Below, piece by piece: positions 47,901 through 56,971 of a DNA stretch of 64,000 nt. The translations under genes and the position numbers were made by a program. Source of the DNA: Cyanobacteria bacterium SIG27 (GTDB taxonomy: Bacteria > Cyanobacteriota > Vampirovibrionia > Gastranaerophilales > Gastranaerophilaceae); assembly GCA_015152565.1 (NCBI GenBank), contig SUTT01000002.1, positions 18,788 through 82,787 of the forward strand, given 5' to 3'. The notes beneath the pieces are model-generated. The model was not told the DNA's origin. It made no database searches and saw nothing but the letters and a program-made list of their open reading frames with translations. Positions within the stretch are counted from its first letter, which is position 1. Every line of letters begins with the position of its first letter.

Positions 47901-48526
47901 TTGCTTTCAAAGCAATATGGTTTAACCCATGTTTCAAAAATACCATTATCTTTGGTTAACTTGTTCCATTTTTCATAAAAATCTTTAACGTCACCTGCTC
48001 TATAATCATCTTCAATTTTTACAATTTCGTTTTGATAAATAATCTTATCACCTTGCAATTTTGAAGCATAAAGCATTATAACATCGGCTTTATTGCTAAA
48101 TTTAAAATATGTGAATAATTGTCCGCCATCTTTATTTAATTTTGCAGTTGCTTTATCAAATTCTTTATCATAAGTTTTACATTCAATTAAAAGATACTCA
48201 GAACCATCATCACGATTAACGCAAATATCAAGCCTACCAGTATGCCCATGGCCCGCTGGCCAAGTTTTTTCTAAAATTATATTTTCTGGTTTGTAGCCTT
48301 TTTCTAAAAGTCTATCAACACATTCTAAAACAACCCAATTTTCATCTTGAGAAAAATTTTGTGTCGTTTTACAATCAGCTCCTATAAGCTTTCCATAGCA
48401 AATTTGTTTTTTGTCAAAATCTATTTCAATAGAATAATTATGTTGTGAATATTTTTTTTCATATATTCCAACAGCACCATTTTTAGGCTGAAAACCTATT
48501 ACTCTTATTAAATCCTTAACCTGCAT
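44900..48526 (-). CDS. Single-chain restriction-modification-specificity fusion (Type IIB/IIG-like: PD-ExK nuclease + N6-adenine methyltransferase + two HsdS-type TRDs)
   Basis: The nuclease motif is GRLDICV...YLLIECKT. Methyltransferase motif I is IDYAAGSGHF and motif IV is LLSNPPYSV. Two HsdS conserved regions are present: PLPPLEVQQKIIDEIEEIE and ALPPLSDQQKIVSQIEQLE. The preferred ATG at 48526 gives MQVKDL; the track's TTG start at 48568 overlaps the promoter -10. Confidence 0.8.
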   Translation of the reverse strand: MQVKDLIRVIGFQPKNGAVGIYEKKYSQHNYSIEIDFDKKQICYGKLIGADCKTTQNFSQDENWVVLECVDRLLEKGYKPENIILEKTWPAGHGHTGRLDICVNRDDGSEYLLIECKTYDKEFDKATAKLNKDGGQLFTYFKFSNKADVIMLYASKLQGDKIIYQNEIVKIEDDYRAGDVKDFYEKWNKLTKDNGIFETWVKPYCFESKALTLDDLKPINQEDSSFIFNRFLEILRHNVVSDKGNAFNKIFTLFLCKVYDETTKMEGDGKELDFQWKEGVDNHVKFQLRLTDLYKKGMDVFLSRIVSDFNEDDFEIRCSDLNDETKKYLLEEVNKLRLQKNNEFAIKEVYDATSFEENAKIVKEVVELLQGYRIRYNKRQQYLSDFFELLLTTGLKQEAGQFFTPVPIAQFIIKSLPLERIVDEKLESKNGELLPYMIDYAAGSGHFITEYMHEVQNIIEKKAPTKYIPSTKNNLTFWQNAKYGWATNYVYGIEKDYRLVKVGKVGCYLHGDGLANVILSDGLGNFVNTKDYKGKLRKNNDDNSKDNQQFDILLSNPPYSVSSFRQTTRDYYTERDFDLYEKLTDNSSEIECLFVERTKQLLKDGGIAGIILPSSILTNTGIYTKTRELLLKYFEIVAIAELGSNTFMATGTNTVVLFLKRRNNYECINLEKSVDKFFSNQTDITINGIENPVLKYVNYVWEGLAFNDYLTLLNKKPNEKVQNHDLFKEYKNKIKSKKEDDFWAKVVELEKEKIYYFIFAYPQKLVVVKTGEKEAEKEFLGYEFSFKRGNEGIHPIQKSKTIDECTKLFDINSFDNPKKASTYIYKAFNGDLKAEIDESLKDNVSRVDLIDMMTFDRVDFDKVVNVRAKKKVKIESKWNLVTLDTIAKIDWGNTNLTKESYKQHAQYKAYSAAGQDGMIDFAEHEGKAIVLSAIGARCGKCFKADGKWTAIKNTIVIKGNNEILTDYLYECINDENYWARSGKAQPFITLTSARGQKIPLPPLEVQQKIIDEIEEIEKENIKNEKIVEELKKNTDILINAVLETKKYKLGQILTLEYGKALPKTNRINGIYPVVGSNGIDGYHNEYMLNAPNIIVGRKGSVGKVNWIEENCTPIDTCFYVKANIDFVDFKYCYYLLKNIGLESLNVGLGPGGLNRNTAYNIEIALPPLSDQQKIVSQIEQLEAQIREAQEKINNSKQQKQEILDKYLK

Positions 48527-48556
48527 ACAAAAACTACATCCCCTAGGCTGCGAAGT

Positions 48557-48585
48557 ATTATAGCACAAAAATAAAATAATTACAT
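48557..48585 (-). promoter_or_regulatory. Sigma-70-type promoter with extended -10 for the R-M/helicase/nuclease genes
   Basis: On the minus strand it reads ATGTAA-N17-TATAAT, with TGc immediately upstream of the -10 (TGCTATAAT). It sits just after the priA stop and about 30 nt upstream of ATG 48526, with AGGGGA between them. Confidence 0.5.
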
Positions 48586-48589
48586 CATC

Positions 48590-50611
48590 TTATAGTATAT
48601 CCGATGGATCTATATCTACAACCATTTTAATATCAGATGGTAATTTTATCGACCTTAAAAATCTTAAAATTGTCTTATGACCATTTTCACCCAGTTTATT
48701 TTTAACAATCAAATTAAAACGATATTCATCTTTAATTTTATTAATCACACAAGGCGTAGGTCCAAGGATTAAAAGAGTTTCATCTAGTGATAATTTTTTA
48801 ATGTAACCTGATAGTGCAAGTTCAATTTCGGCTGCTGATTTTTCAGCTCGAAATTCATTTTTAGATGATAATACAATTCTAATCATTTTTGAAAACGGAG
48901 GATAATCAAGAAGCTCTCTTAGTTCAATCTCATTTTCATAAAAAACCTCATAATTTTGCATGCGCGCACTTTGAAGAAAAATATTATTCATATTATACGT
49001 TTGAAAAATAACTTTTCCCTCATTTTCCCCTCTGCCAGAGCGCCCTGCAACTTGGGTTAAAATAGAAAAACCACGCTCAGAACTTCTATAATCAGGTAAA
49101 TTAAAACTTAAATCTGCATTAATTACCCCAACTAAAGTAACGTTTTTATTATCCAATCCTTTAGCTATCATTTGCGTTCCAATTAAAATATCAATTTCGC
49201 CATTTTGAAAGCGCTTTAAAACTTCAATATGTTCATTTTTCTTGGTTAAGCTATCTGAATCAAGCCTTTCAATTCGATAATCTGGGAAAAAAGCACGAGC
49301 TGAAGCTTCGACTTTTTGAGAGCCTATTCCAAAATGCTCTAATGCAGAAGAACCGCATTTTTCACATTTTGGTTCAATTAAAGTCGAATTACAATAATGA
49401 CATTTATATGAATTAGTTTGAGAATGATAAATCATTGGAATTGCACATTTTTTACAAGTTACAACTTCGCCGCATTCCATACATTGAGTGTAGCTTGAAA
49501 AGCCACGACGATTTATAAGGAAAATTACTTGTTCTCCTCTTTCAATCGTTTCTTTAACGTTTTTTTGAAGAGTTTTTGAAAATAATGTGTAATTTTTCTC
49601 AGCTCGCTCAACTTTCATATCAATTAAAACAACTTTAGGCAGTTTTGCATTGTTAAATCGTTCTTTTAATTTAAATAATGAATTAGTGTTAATTGCTTCA
49701 TAATAACTTTCAATTGAAGGTGTCGCTGAACCTAAGATTAACTTTGCGCCATACAATTCACAAAGTTTTTTTGCAACGTCTTTTGTATTATACCTTGGGT
49801 TTGGCATTGTTTGTTTATAGCTTGAATCGTGTTCTTCATCAATAATAACAAGCCCTAAGTCTTTAATTGGGGCAAAAATTGCGCTTCTTGCACCAAAAAG
49901 AATTTTTATTTCATTATTTCTTAATTTTTTCCAAGTTTCATATTTTTCGGCTTCTGTTATAGAACTATGCCAAATTGCAACAGCTTCAGCGCCAAAATGT
50001 TCTATTGTTCGCATTGTAAGCTGTGAAACAAGGGCTATTTCAGGAGCTAAAAAAAGAACGTTTTTACCTTTTTTAATTGTATCTTCAATTAATTTAAAAT
50101 AAATTTCAGTTTTGCCAGAACCTGTAATGCCATATAATAGCGAAGTTTGAGCGTTAACATGTTTTATTTCATTATAGATTTTTTCTTGCGTTGGTGAAAG
50201 ATTTTTATCTAAATTAATTTTATCAACGTCATATAATTTTGATTTAATTTTTGGTGTTCTATATTTTTTAACATTTTTTTCAAAAAACTTTTGAGGTAAT
50301 GCGGTTTTTAAAACTGTTTGAACATCACAAAAATAATAACTTGAAACCCATTCTAATAAGTTTAAGTATTCAAGAGAAAAAAGAGGAGATGAATCCAAAA
50401 TTTCTCCTATTTCTTTTGCTTTAATTCCAGCTTCAAGATAATTTGAAAAACCAACAACATAAGCTTTTAGAGGTTCTTTTCTATTTCCAAAAGGAATAGA
50501 AACTGCTTGACCTATTTTAATTTCATCAGCTAAGCTTTCAGGAATTAAATAGCTAAAAGTTTTTGTTCCCAATTTATTAATATCAACTAATACTTGCGCA
50601 TATTTAGGCAT
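48590..50611 (-). CDS. priA: Primosomal protein N' (replication restart helicase PriA)
   Basis: 673 aa. Walker A is GITGSGKTEIY and motif II is DEEHD. The Cys-rich zinc region is CMECGEVVTCKKCAIPMIYH...CHYCNS...CEKCGS. Confidence 0.93.
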   Translation of the reverse strand: MPKYAQVLVDINKLGTKTFSYLIPESLADEIKIGQAVSIPFGNRKEPLKAYVVGFSNYLEAGIKAKEIGEILDSSPLFSLEYLNLLEWVSSYYFCDVQTVLKTALPQKFFEKNVKKYRTPKIKSKLYDVDKINLDKNLSPTQEKIYNEIKHVNAQTSLLYGITGSGKTEIYFKLIEDTIKKGKNVLFLAPEIALVSQLTMRTIEHFGAEAVAIWHSSITEAEKYETWKKLRNNEIKILFGARSAIFAPIKDLGLVIIDEEHDSSYKQTMPNPRYNTKDVAKKLCELYGAKLILGSATPSIESYYEAINTNSLFKLKERFNNAKLPKVVLIDMKVERAEKNYTLFSKTLQKNVKETIERGEQVIFLINRRGFSSYTQCMECGEVVTCKKCAIPMIYHSQTNSYKCHYCNSTLIEPKCEKCGSSALEHFGIGSQKVEASARAFFPDYRIERLDSDSLTKKNEHIEVLKRFQNGEIDILIGTQMIAKGLDNKNVTLVGVINADLSFNLPDYRSSERGFSILTQVAGRSGRGENEGKVIFQTYNMNNIFLQSARMQNYEVFYENEIELRELLDYPPFSKMIRIVLSSKNEFRAEKSAAEIELALSGYIKKLSLDETLLILGPTPCVINKIKDEYRFNLIVKNKLGENGHKTILRFLRSIKLPSDIKMVVDIDPSDIL

Positions 50612-50612
50612 T

Positions 50613-50972
50613 TTATTTTTTCTCTTCCATTGGTTGAAGCTTCAACTTGCTATCAATAAGCCTAAATACACTTTGTGCTACTTCGCTTCCTTGCGAAAAA
50701 TCGCTGTTTTGCGGTAAAACCTTGATTTCTGTTTGGTTTTGATAGCGTTTTGTTAAAGTTAAAAGATAATATTTTGAACCATATAAAAATAAAATATATC
50801 CATTTTTAGATTGAATTTCTATAACTTCAAACCTATCTGATGAATTTATAGCACTCAAAGCACTCATAAAAAGGCTATCAGCTTCAAGCGAATAAATTTT
50901 AAAACTATCTTCAAATATAGAAGCAAAGGCAAATGAACCCAAAAGAGCAATAATTAAAGCTAATTTTTTCAT
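50613..50972 (-). CDS. Small secreted protein, unknown function
   Basis: 119 aa with signal peptide MKKLALIIALLGSFAFA. It is tightly packed between polA and priA. Confidence 0.6.
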   Translation of the reverse strand: MKKLALIIALLGSFAFASIFEDSFKIYSLEADSLFMSALSAINSSDRFEVIEIQSKNGYILFLYGSKYYLLTLTKRYQNQTEIKVLPQNSDFSQGSEVAQSVFRLIDSKLKLQPMEEKK

Positions 50973-50975
50973 AAA

Positions 50976-53594
50976 TTATTTCTCCATCCAAGTTTTGCCA
51001 TATCCAACATCAACTTTTAGAGGCACTTTTAGTGGTTGATTCATCTCCATTGCACTAACTACAATTGGTTTAATTATTTCAATTTCATCGTTTGGCACTT
51101 CTAAAACTAATTCATCATGGATTTGTAGAATAATTTTAGATTTATAATCTTTCAATTTTTGATGCAAATCAACCATTGCCATTTTTATAATATCAGCACT
51201 ACTTCCTTGTAATGGTGCATTAATTGCAGCTCGAGCAGCAAATTCTCGAATATTTGCGTTTCTTGAATTAAGCTCGGCTCCTAGATATCTTTTTCTTCCA
51301 TACAAAGTTTCAACCCAACCATTAGTTTGAGCACATTCTAGGGTTTCATTAATATAAGTTGAAATTTTTGGATAAGTAGCAAAATATTTATTAATCAAAT
51401 CTTGCGCTTCATAAGGACTTATTCCTAAAGTACCTGCTAAACCGTAACGAGTTTGACCGTAGATTATTCCAAAATTAACGGTTTTGGCTTTTCTTCTCAT
51501 CTCTTTTGTAACTTCATCCATAGAAACATTAAAAATCTTAGATGCAGTTACTTTATGAACATCAATATCGGAGCAAAAAGCTTCAATTAACCCCTCATCA
51601 CCTGAATAATGAGCTAACAAACGAAGCTCAACTTGGGAATAATCAGCGCTCATAATAACATTATCAGGATTTTGCGGCACAAACCCTGCTCTAATTCTAG
51701 ATGAAAACTCTGTTTTAATTGGAATGTTTTGTAAATTTGGTTCAGATGAAGATAATCGTCCTGTTGTTGTTACAATTTGGTTAAAATGTGTGTGAATTTT
51801 ACCATCTGATTTAACCAATTTTGGAAGAGCATCAATATACGTTGTTTTTAATTTCATTAATTGACGATGTTCTAAAATATTTGCTGCAATTGCGTATTCT
51901 AGAGCTAATTCATCTAAAATTTTAGCATTTGTTGAATAATTTCCAGATTTTCCTTTTTTCTTTGGTTTAATTTGCATTTTATCAAACAAAACTTCAGCCA
52001 CTTGTTTTGGAGAATTAATGTTAAAAATACATCCTGCTTCGTCATAAATTAATTTTTCATAGTGTTTAACTTTAGCTTCTATTTCATCTCCGATTGATTT
52101 TAAATAGTCAATATCAAGCTTAACGCCTTGATTTTCCATATCTTTTAAAACAAAAGCCAAAGGAAGCTCAACAGTATTTAAAAGCTTCAATTCTTTTTCA
52201 TTTAGATTTTTATTATAAAACTCTTCTAAATCTAATAAATAAGAACATAAAAGCGCATAATCATTTTCGTTTGGAATAACTTCAAGGCATTCATTAATTT
52301 GAGTGATTAAATCATGCTTACGACTTGAATCTTTAATATAGCTTGAAAGTTGGACATCTGATATAACACCTTTTATATTAAACTCGATATTTTTAACATC
52401 ATAAGTTATTTTCTTAATTTCAGGATTTTCAATTAATTCTTTTGCTTTTAAAGTTGGGGCTTTAACAACAACATCATTGTGGGCAACATAGCAAAATTCG
52501 CTATCCGTAAAATCTAATAAAAAGCCAATTTTATCGTTATTTTTGATATTTTTTAAATAATCAATTTCTTCTTTTTTAATTTCTTTTAATTTTTTTTCTT
52601 CTTTTTCAATAATTCCAAAAAGTCCAAGCTGAGTATTTTCCTCTTCAATTGGCGAAAAAGAAACAATATTTGAACAAGAATTTTTTGTATCAAAAGGTGC
52701 TAAAAGTTTATCTATGTTTTTAACAAAAGAATAAAATTGCATTTTAGTTAAAAAAGCAACAGCGGTTTCTTTGTTTGGAATATTAAGGCAAGCGCCCTCA
52801 AAATCAAATTCAATATCTAAATCATCAACAATTTTAGCTAAAAATTGAGATAAATAAGCATATTCTTTTCCTGTAACAAGCTTTTCTTTTAATGCTTTTT
52901 TAGTAATTAATTCGATATTTTCATAAACCCCATCAAGAGTTTTATATTCAGCCAACAATGAAGCGGCCGATTTTGGACCAATTCCACGAATGCCTGGAAT
53001 ATTATCGGAAGTATCTCCGCATAATGCTTTATAATCAACAATTTGATATGGATAAACTTCCATTTTTTCAAAAACTTCTTGTTTATTATATTTTAAAAGT
53101 TCACCCTTTGATGGAATTAAAACCGTTGTTAAACTCTCATCATCGCAAAGTTGGAAACTATCTCTATCGCCTGTTAAAATGTATGTTTTATGCCCTTTTT
53201 CCCTTGCTTGGCGAGCAATTGTTCCAATAACATCGTCACCTTCATATCCTTCAAGAGTATAAATTGGAATATCAAAAGCACGCAAACCCTCTTGGATTAA
53301 AGTTAATTGAGTTCTTAAACTATCTGGCATCGTTAATCTATTTGCTTTATATTCAGGAAATTTTTCAAGACGAAAAGTCGCTTTTGAAACATCAAACGCA
53401 ACAGCAATTGAGTTTGGTTGAATGTTTAATTTTTTATCAGCCAAAAGGTCAAAAATTGCCTTAAAAAAGCCCCAAACAGCCCAAGTTGGAATATGGTCTG
53501 TTGTTTGCATATTAGTTCGCTCTAGCGCAAAAAACATCCTAAAAGCTAGCGCATGACCATCAATTAAAATTAAAGTCTTTTTATCTTGTGCCAC
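50976..53594 (-). CDS. polA: DNA polymerase I
   Basis: 872 aa with a GTG start. The 5'-nuclease N-terminus is LILIDGHALAFR. Polymerase motif A is DYSQVELRLLAH, motif B is RRKAKTVNFGIIYG and motif C is QIHDELV. Confidence 0.95.
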   Translation of the reverse strand: MAQDKKTLILIDGHALAFRMFFALERTNMQTTDHIPTWAVWGFFKAIFDLLADKKLNIQPNSIAVAFDVSKATFRLEKFPEYKANRLTMPDSLRTQLTLIQEGLRAFDIPIYTLEGYEGDDVIGTIARQAREKGHKTYILTGDRDSFQLCDDESLTTVLIPSKGELLKYNKQEVFEKMEVYPYQIVDYKALCGDTSDNIPGIRGIGPKSAASLLAEYKTLDGVYENIELITKKALKEKLVTGKEYAYLSQFLAKIVDDLDIEFDFEGACLNIPNKETAVAFLTKMQFYSFVKNIDKLLAPFDTKNSCSNIVSFSPIEEENTQLGLFGIIEKEEKKLKEIKKEEIDYLKNIKNNDKIGFLLDFTDSEFCYVAHNDVVVKAPTLKAKELIENPEIKKITYDVKNIEFNIKGVISDVQLSSYIKDSSRKHDLITQINECLEVIPNENDYALLCSYLLDLEEFYNKNLNEKELKLLNTVELPLAFVLKDMENQGVKLDIDYLKSIGDEIEAKVKHYEKLIYDEAGCIFNINSPKQVAEVLFDKMQIKPKKKGKSGNYSTNAKILDELALEYAIAANILEHRQLMKLKTTYIDALPKLVKSDGKIHTHFNQIVTTTGRLSSSEPNLQNIPIKTEFSSRIRAGFVPQNPDNVIMSADYSQVELRLLAHYSGDEGLIEAFCSDIDVHKVTASKIFNVSMDEVTKEMRRKAKTVNFGIIYGQTRYGLAGTLGISPYEAQDLINKYFATYPKISTYINETLECAQTNGWVETLYGRKRYLGAELNSRNANIREFAARAAINAPLQGSSADIIKMAMVDLHQKLKDYKSKIILQIHDELVLEVPNDEIEIIKPIVVSAMEMNQPLKVPLKVDVGYGKTWMEK

Positions 53595-53635
53595 AATAGT
53601 TTTCCTATTTTAAAATCCCCTTTTAAAATATTCTA

Positions 53636-54439
53636 CTATAATTTTATCTTTTTGAAAAATGGCAAAGTGATGTTATTGAGTTTATGAGTAATATCTTTTG
53701 TTGTCCAAGTTGGAACGTTAAATTTAGAAGAATAATCTTCAATTATTGGCATAATTTCACTATCTTCTAAATAAAAATCGCCAAAAATTATTCCTTTGAT
53801 TTTATTTTTAAGTTTGTCGCAACGATAAATTTCATAAAGCATTTTATCAATTTTATAGCTAGGTTCTGCTAAATCTTCTAAAAACAAGACTGTATCTTCA
53901 TTTGGAAGATATTTATCATTTGATAGCATTGAAACAATGCTTGATAAATTTCCGCCCCACAAAAAACCCTCAGCAGAGCCTAATTTAATTTGTTTTAAAT
54001 TCAAATTAAAAATATCATTTTCAATTATTTCAATATTTCTATCTAAATTTTCAACAAAACCATTGGTTATCATTAAACTATGAAAAGTTTTGACATTTGT
54101 TTTTGAAGTTAATGCCGCTAAAAGAATTGTAGCATCAGAAGACCCAGCATAATATTTATCTTTTATTAAGCTATAGTCAATTTTATCAACAATTCGTATA
54201 GCTCCATAGCCTCCTCGAATAGATAAAACTAAATCAACTTCATCATCTAAAAAAGCTTGTTCAAAATATCTTGCTCTATTTTCATCAGTATCTGATAAAT
54301 AGCGATTAGCGCAATTTTCATCATAATATTTTTTAATCTTAAAGTGCTTTTCAAGTATTGAAATTTTTTGATTAATTTCATCTAAATTTCTAAGCACACC
54401 AGATGGCGCAACTAAAGCTATTGTTTTAATTTTTTTCAT
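53636..54439 (-). CDS. LD-carboxypeptidase (peptidase S66) family protein
   Basis: 267 aa with IRGGYGAIR and the Ser motif GSSDATILL. It is shorter than typical family members. Confidence 0.7.
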   Translation of the reverse strand: MKKIKTIALVAPSGVLRNLDEINQKISILEKHFKIKKYYDENCANRYLSDTDENRARYFEQAFLDDEVDLVLSIRGGYGAIRIVDKIDYSLIKDKYYAGSSDATILLAALTSKTNVKTFHSLMITNGFVENLDRNIEIIENDIFNLNLKQIKLGSAEGFLWGGNLSSIVSMLSNDKYLPNEDTVLFLEDLAEPSYKIDKMLYEIYRCDKLKNKIKGIIFGDFYLEDSEIMPIIEDYSSKFNVPTWTTKDITHKLNNITLPFFKKIKL

Positions 54440-54480
54440 AAAATTATTATAGGTTTACAAGATTAAAGTAGTCAAGAATA

Positions 54481-56883
54481 TTAGACGTGTATAGTATGCA
54501 CTGGAGCACTGTAGCTACAAGAAGGTTCACTATGAACTATATTATTGAAAAAATGTTCAAATGTATGAGAATAAAGAATTTCATTTTCTTCTCTTGCTTT
54601 TAAAATTTCATATATTTTTGGAGCTTCATCAAGCGTATTTAAACTTTCAGCTCGCATTCCATACTTTTTACAAAGCCTTAAATACTCAAAATACCAAGCA
54701 GGAATTTTACTATTTATATATACTTTATGTCCCGGTACTTCTTTGCGGTCATCTGGAGAAAAAGGAAGTTTTTTGTCGTCAAATCCTCTATTTCTAGGCA
54801 TTCTAAAATAATCATCAATTTCTTTTTGCTTTAAATATTCAATCCATTCCGCACTTTCTTTTGCTGATTTATGAGATAATTTATCTTCAAAAGGTTTATT
54901 ATAAAAATCTTGCGCTTGTTGAGCTTTTAATTTTTGAATAGCATAAAAAGATTCTTGGGCAGATTTTTTAGGCGCTCTCAAATCTGCAAAATATTCGTCT
55001 TCTCTTGCTTGTGCTAGTCCTATTGCCTTTTGCTGCGCTATTCTTCCTTGAACTTCATTTGCAACTTCTTGTTGTTTTATATCTAAAATAGTTTCAGCTG
55101 ATTCTTTGGCTGATTTTTTTGGAATTTTCAAAGCTTCAAAATACTCATCTTGAATTTTTCTAGCTCGTTTGATTGCCTCTTCTTCGGTAAATCTTTTTTC
55201 TGCATCATAAGGAAGAGTTTTTCTAATTAATTCTTGACCTTCGTCCCAAGTACTTATGGTTCCATCTGGAAGTTTTTCATATGATTTATACGCCCAAGAA
55301 CCATCGCCAAGTACATCTTCAATTCTTATTTCTCTGCCATCTGGGAGTTTTCCAACTGACGCACCGTCCTTGTATACAAATACACTACCATCGTCAAATT
55401 TTCCAAATTTTGGCATACCATCAAAATACCATTCTCTTACGCTTCCATTTGGAAATTTTTCATACACAAGTTTACCCGCGTACCATTCCTTTTCACTTCC
55501 ATTTGGATGTTTTTCATGTATTTTAGAAAAATATGCTTCTTCTCCAAGAAATTCTTCCGCTAACTCAAAGCGTACTGCTCTTTTAGGATATTGCATGCGT
55601 GAATCCTTGTACTCCCTCATCCATCGAATCCAAGTTCCATCCGGAAGTGTTTCTTCAACCTCAAAAATGCCATGTTTATGTCCGCAAGCAAACTGATATC
55701 CATTAGGCAATTTGTTTCTAAACTGAGGAAATTTAGAATAACGGCTACGTTTCCTCCAAATTTTTTCTGATCCATCAGGAAATTTAATAGTTCTTATAGA
55801 TACATCCTGTTCTCCATCATTAAATTCTTCATAAGAATTTACGAATTTTAATTTCCCATTGCCAAAATATTCATAATTTGTCTCTTTTACACCCTCTGTG
55901 CTTTCTTTAATTACTTTTAAAATATATCCTGAGTTATCATCATATACATATTTTTTAACAAAATTAACAGAACCCTCCCTTGAAGATTGCTGCATAATTC
56001 CATTTTCATATTTTAACTTTAATAAATCACCATTTGATAATTTTTTAACAATTGTGCCAGAAAAACTTGCATTGTCAGAATTTTTCAAAAAGTCATTCGC
56101 TAAATCAGTATCTTCTATTTTAAATCCTTTTGATTCTAATATATTTAAAAACGATTCTCTAGCTGATTTATTTGATAATTTCGCTTCAAATAAATTGCTA
56201 ATTTGCGCTTGATATTTATCCACATTTTCTGCTTCAAGATTTCTTCTTTTTACTTCAGCTTCAACATATTCTTTAAGCTCTTTTTCTTTTAATCTTTTTC
56301 TTTTAAGCGCTTCTGCGATTTCAGCTTTTTGTTTTTTGTTGATATATTTTAATTTTCCAACTTCATTTTCAAATTCGTCAGAAGATAACTGTTTATCACT
56401 TAATAATTCTTTTAATTTTGCTTGTTCTTTTTTAACTATTTCTATAGTTGCTGAAATATTTTTTGTTTCAGTTTTGCCATCTTTAACAATTTCAACAATC
56501 TTTTCGCCTTGTTCATTAACTGAAAAGGTTTTTGATATATTCTTTTCACCTGTTCTAATGGATTTATTAAGTATGCCATCGCTATATTCTAATATTGTTT
56601 TATCGCCATTCATTAGTTTAGTTTTAATTTTTCCCGAAAAATTTTGGTTATTTTTTCTTAGAGTTGCAATTCCTTTATTAAAATTAATATCACTTAATTT
56701 TTTTGTTTTGCCTTTATATATTGCCAACCCTGCAACTGCAAATGCGCTAACCGCCAAAGCTCCAAATGCCAACAGTTTTTTGCCGTTTTTCTTTTGTTCA
56801 AGCACTTTTGACTGTTCTTTTTGAACTTTACTTACGCTTGAAATCAATGCCTGATTTACTTGCGATAATCTGACAGTTTCCAT
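54481..56883 (-). CDS. Membrane-anchored repeat protein: duplicated N-modules, MORN-like P-[DN]-G-x(4)-W repeats, and K-S-A-x-E-S repeats
   Basis: The preferred ATG at 56883 gives METVRLSQ and has an AAGGAAAC RBS. The TM segment is LLAFGALAVSAFAVAGLAIY. MORN-like repeats include FPNGSVREWY and LPDGTISTWD. The other repeat series includes KKSAKESAE, KKSAQESFY and HKSAKESAE. Confidence 0.65.
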   Translation of the reverse strand: METVRLSQVNQALISSVSKVQKEQSKVLEQKKNGKKLLAFGALAVSAFAVAGLAIYKGKTKKLSDINFNKGIATLRKNNQNFSGKIKTKLMNGDKTILEYSDGILNKSIRTGEKNISKTFSVNEQGEKIVEIVKDGKTETKNISATIEIVKKEQAKLKELLSDKQLSSDEFENEVGKLKYINKKQKAEIAEALKRKRLKEKELKEYVEAEVKRRNLEAENVDKYQAQISNLFEAKLSNKSARESFLNILESKGFKIEDTDLANDFLKNSDNASFSGTIVKKLSNGDLLKLKYENGIMQQSSREGSVNFVKKYVYDDNSGYILKVIKESTEGVKETNYEYFGNGKLKFVNSYEEFNDGEQDVSIRTIKFPDGSEKIWRKRSRYSKFPQFRNKLPNGYQFACGHKHGIFEVEETLPDGTWIRWMREYKDSRMQYPKRAVRFELAEEFLGEEAYFSKIHEKHPNGSEKEWYAGKLVYEKFPNGSVREWYFDGMPKFGKFDDGSVFVYKDGASVGKLPDGREIRIEDVLGDGSWAYKSYEKLPDGTISTWDEGQELIRKTLPYDAEKRFTEEEAIKRARKIQDEYFEALKIPKKSAKESAETILDIKQQEVANEVQGRIAQQKAIGLAQAREDEYFADLRAPKKSAQESFYAIQKLKAQQAQDFYNKPFEDKLSHKSAKESAEWIEYLKQKEIDDYFRMPRNRGFDDKKLPFSPDDRKEVPGHKVYINSKIPAWYFEYLRLCKKYGMRAESLNTLDEAPKIYEILKAREENEILYSHTFEHFFNNIVHSEPSCSYSAPVHTIHV

Positions 56884-56971
56884 ATACGTTTCCTTAAAAT
56901 AACTCACACATAAAAAAACTATCATTTATTTTTTTTGATAATTAAAAATATTACTGTTACAAATTTTTACA

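Noticed and set aside
48527-48568. The 14-codon N-terminal extension of the R-M ORF (TTG start, MCYNTSQPRGCSFC).
   Set aside because: The extension overlaps a TGcTATAAT extended -10 element, so it would lie upstream of the likely TSS. The ATG at 48526 is preceded by AGGGGA.
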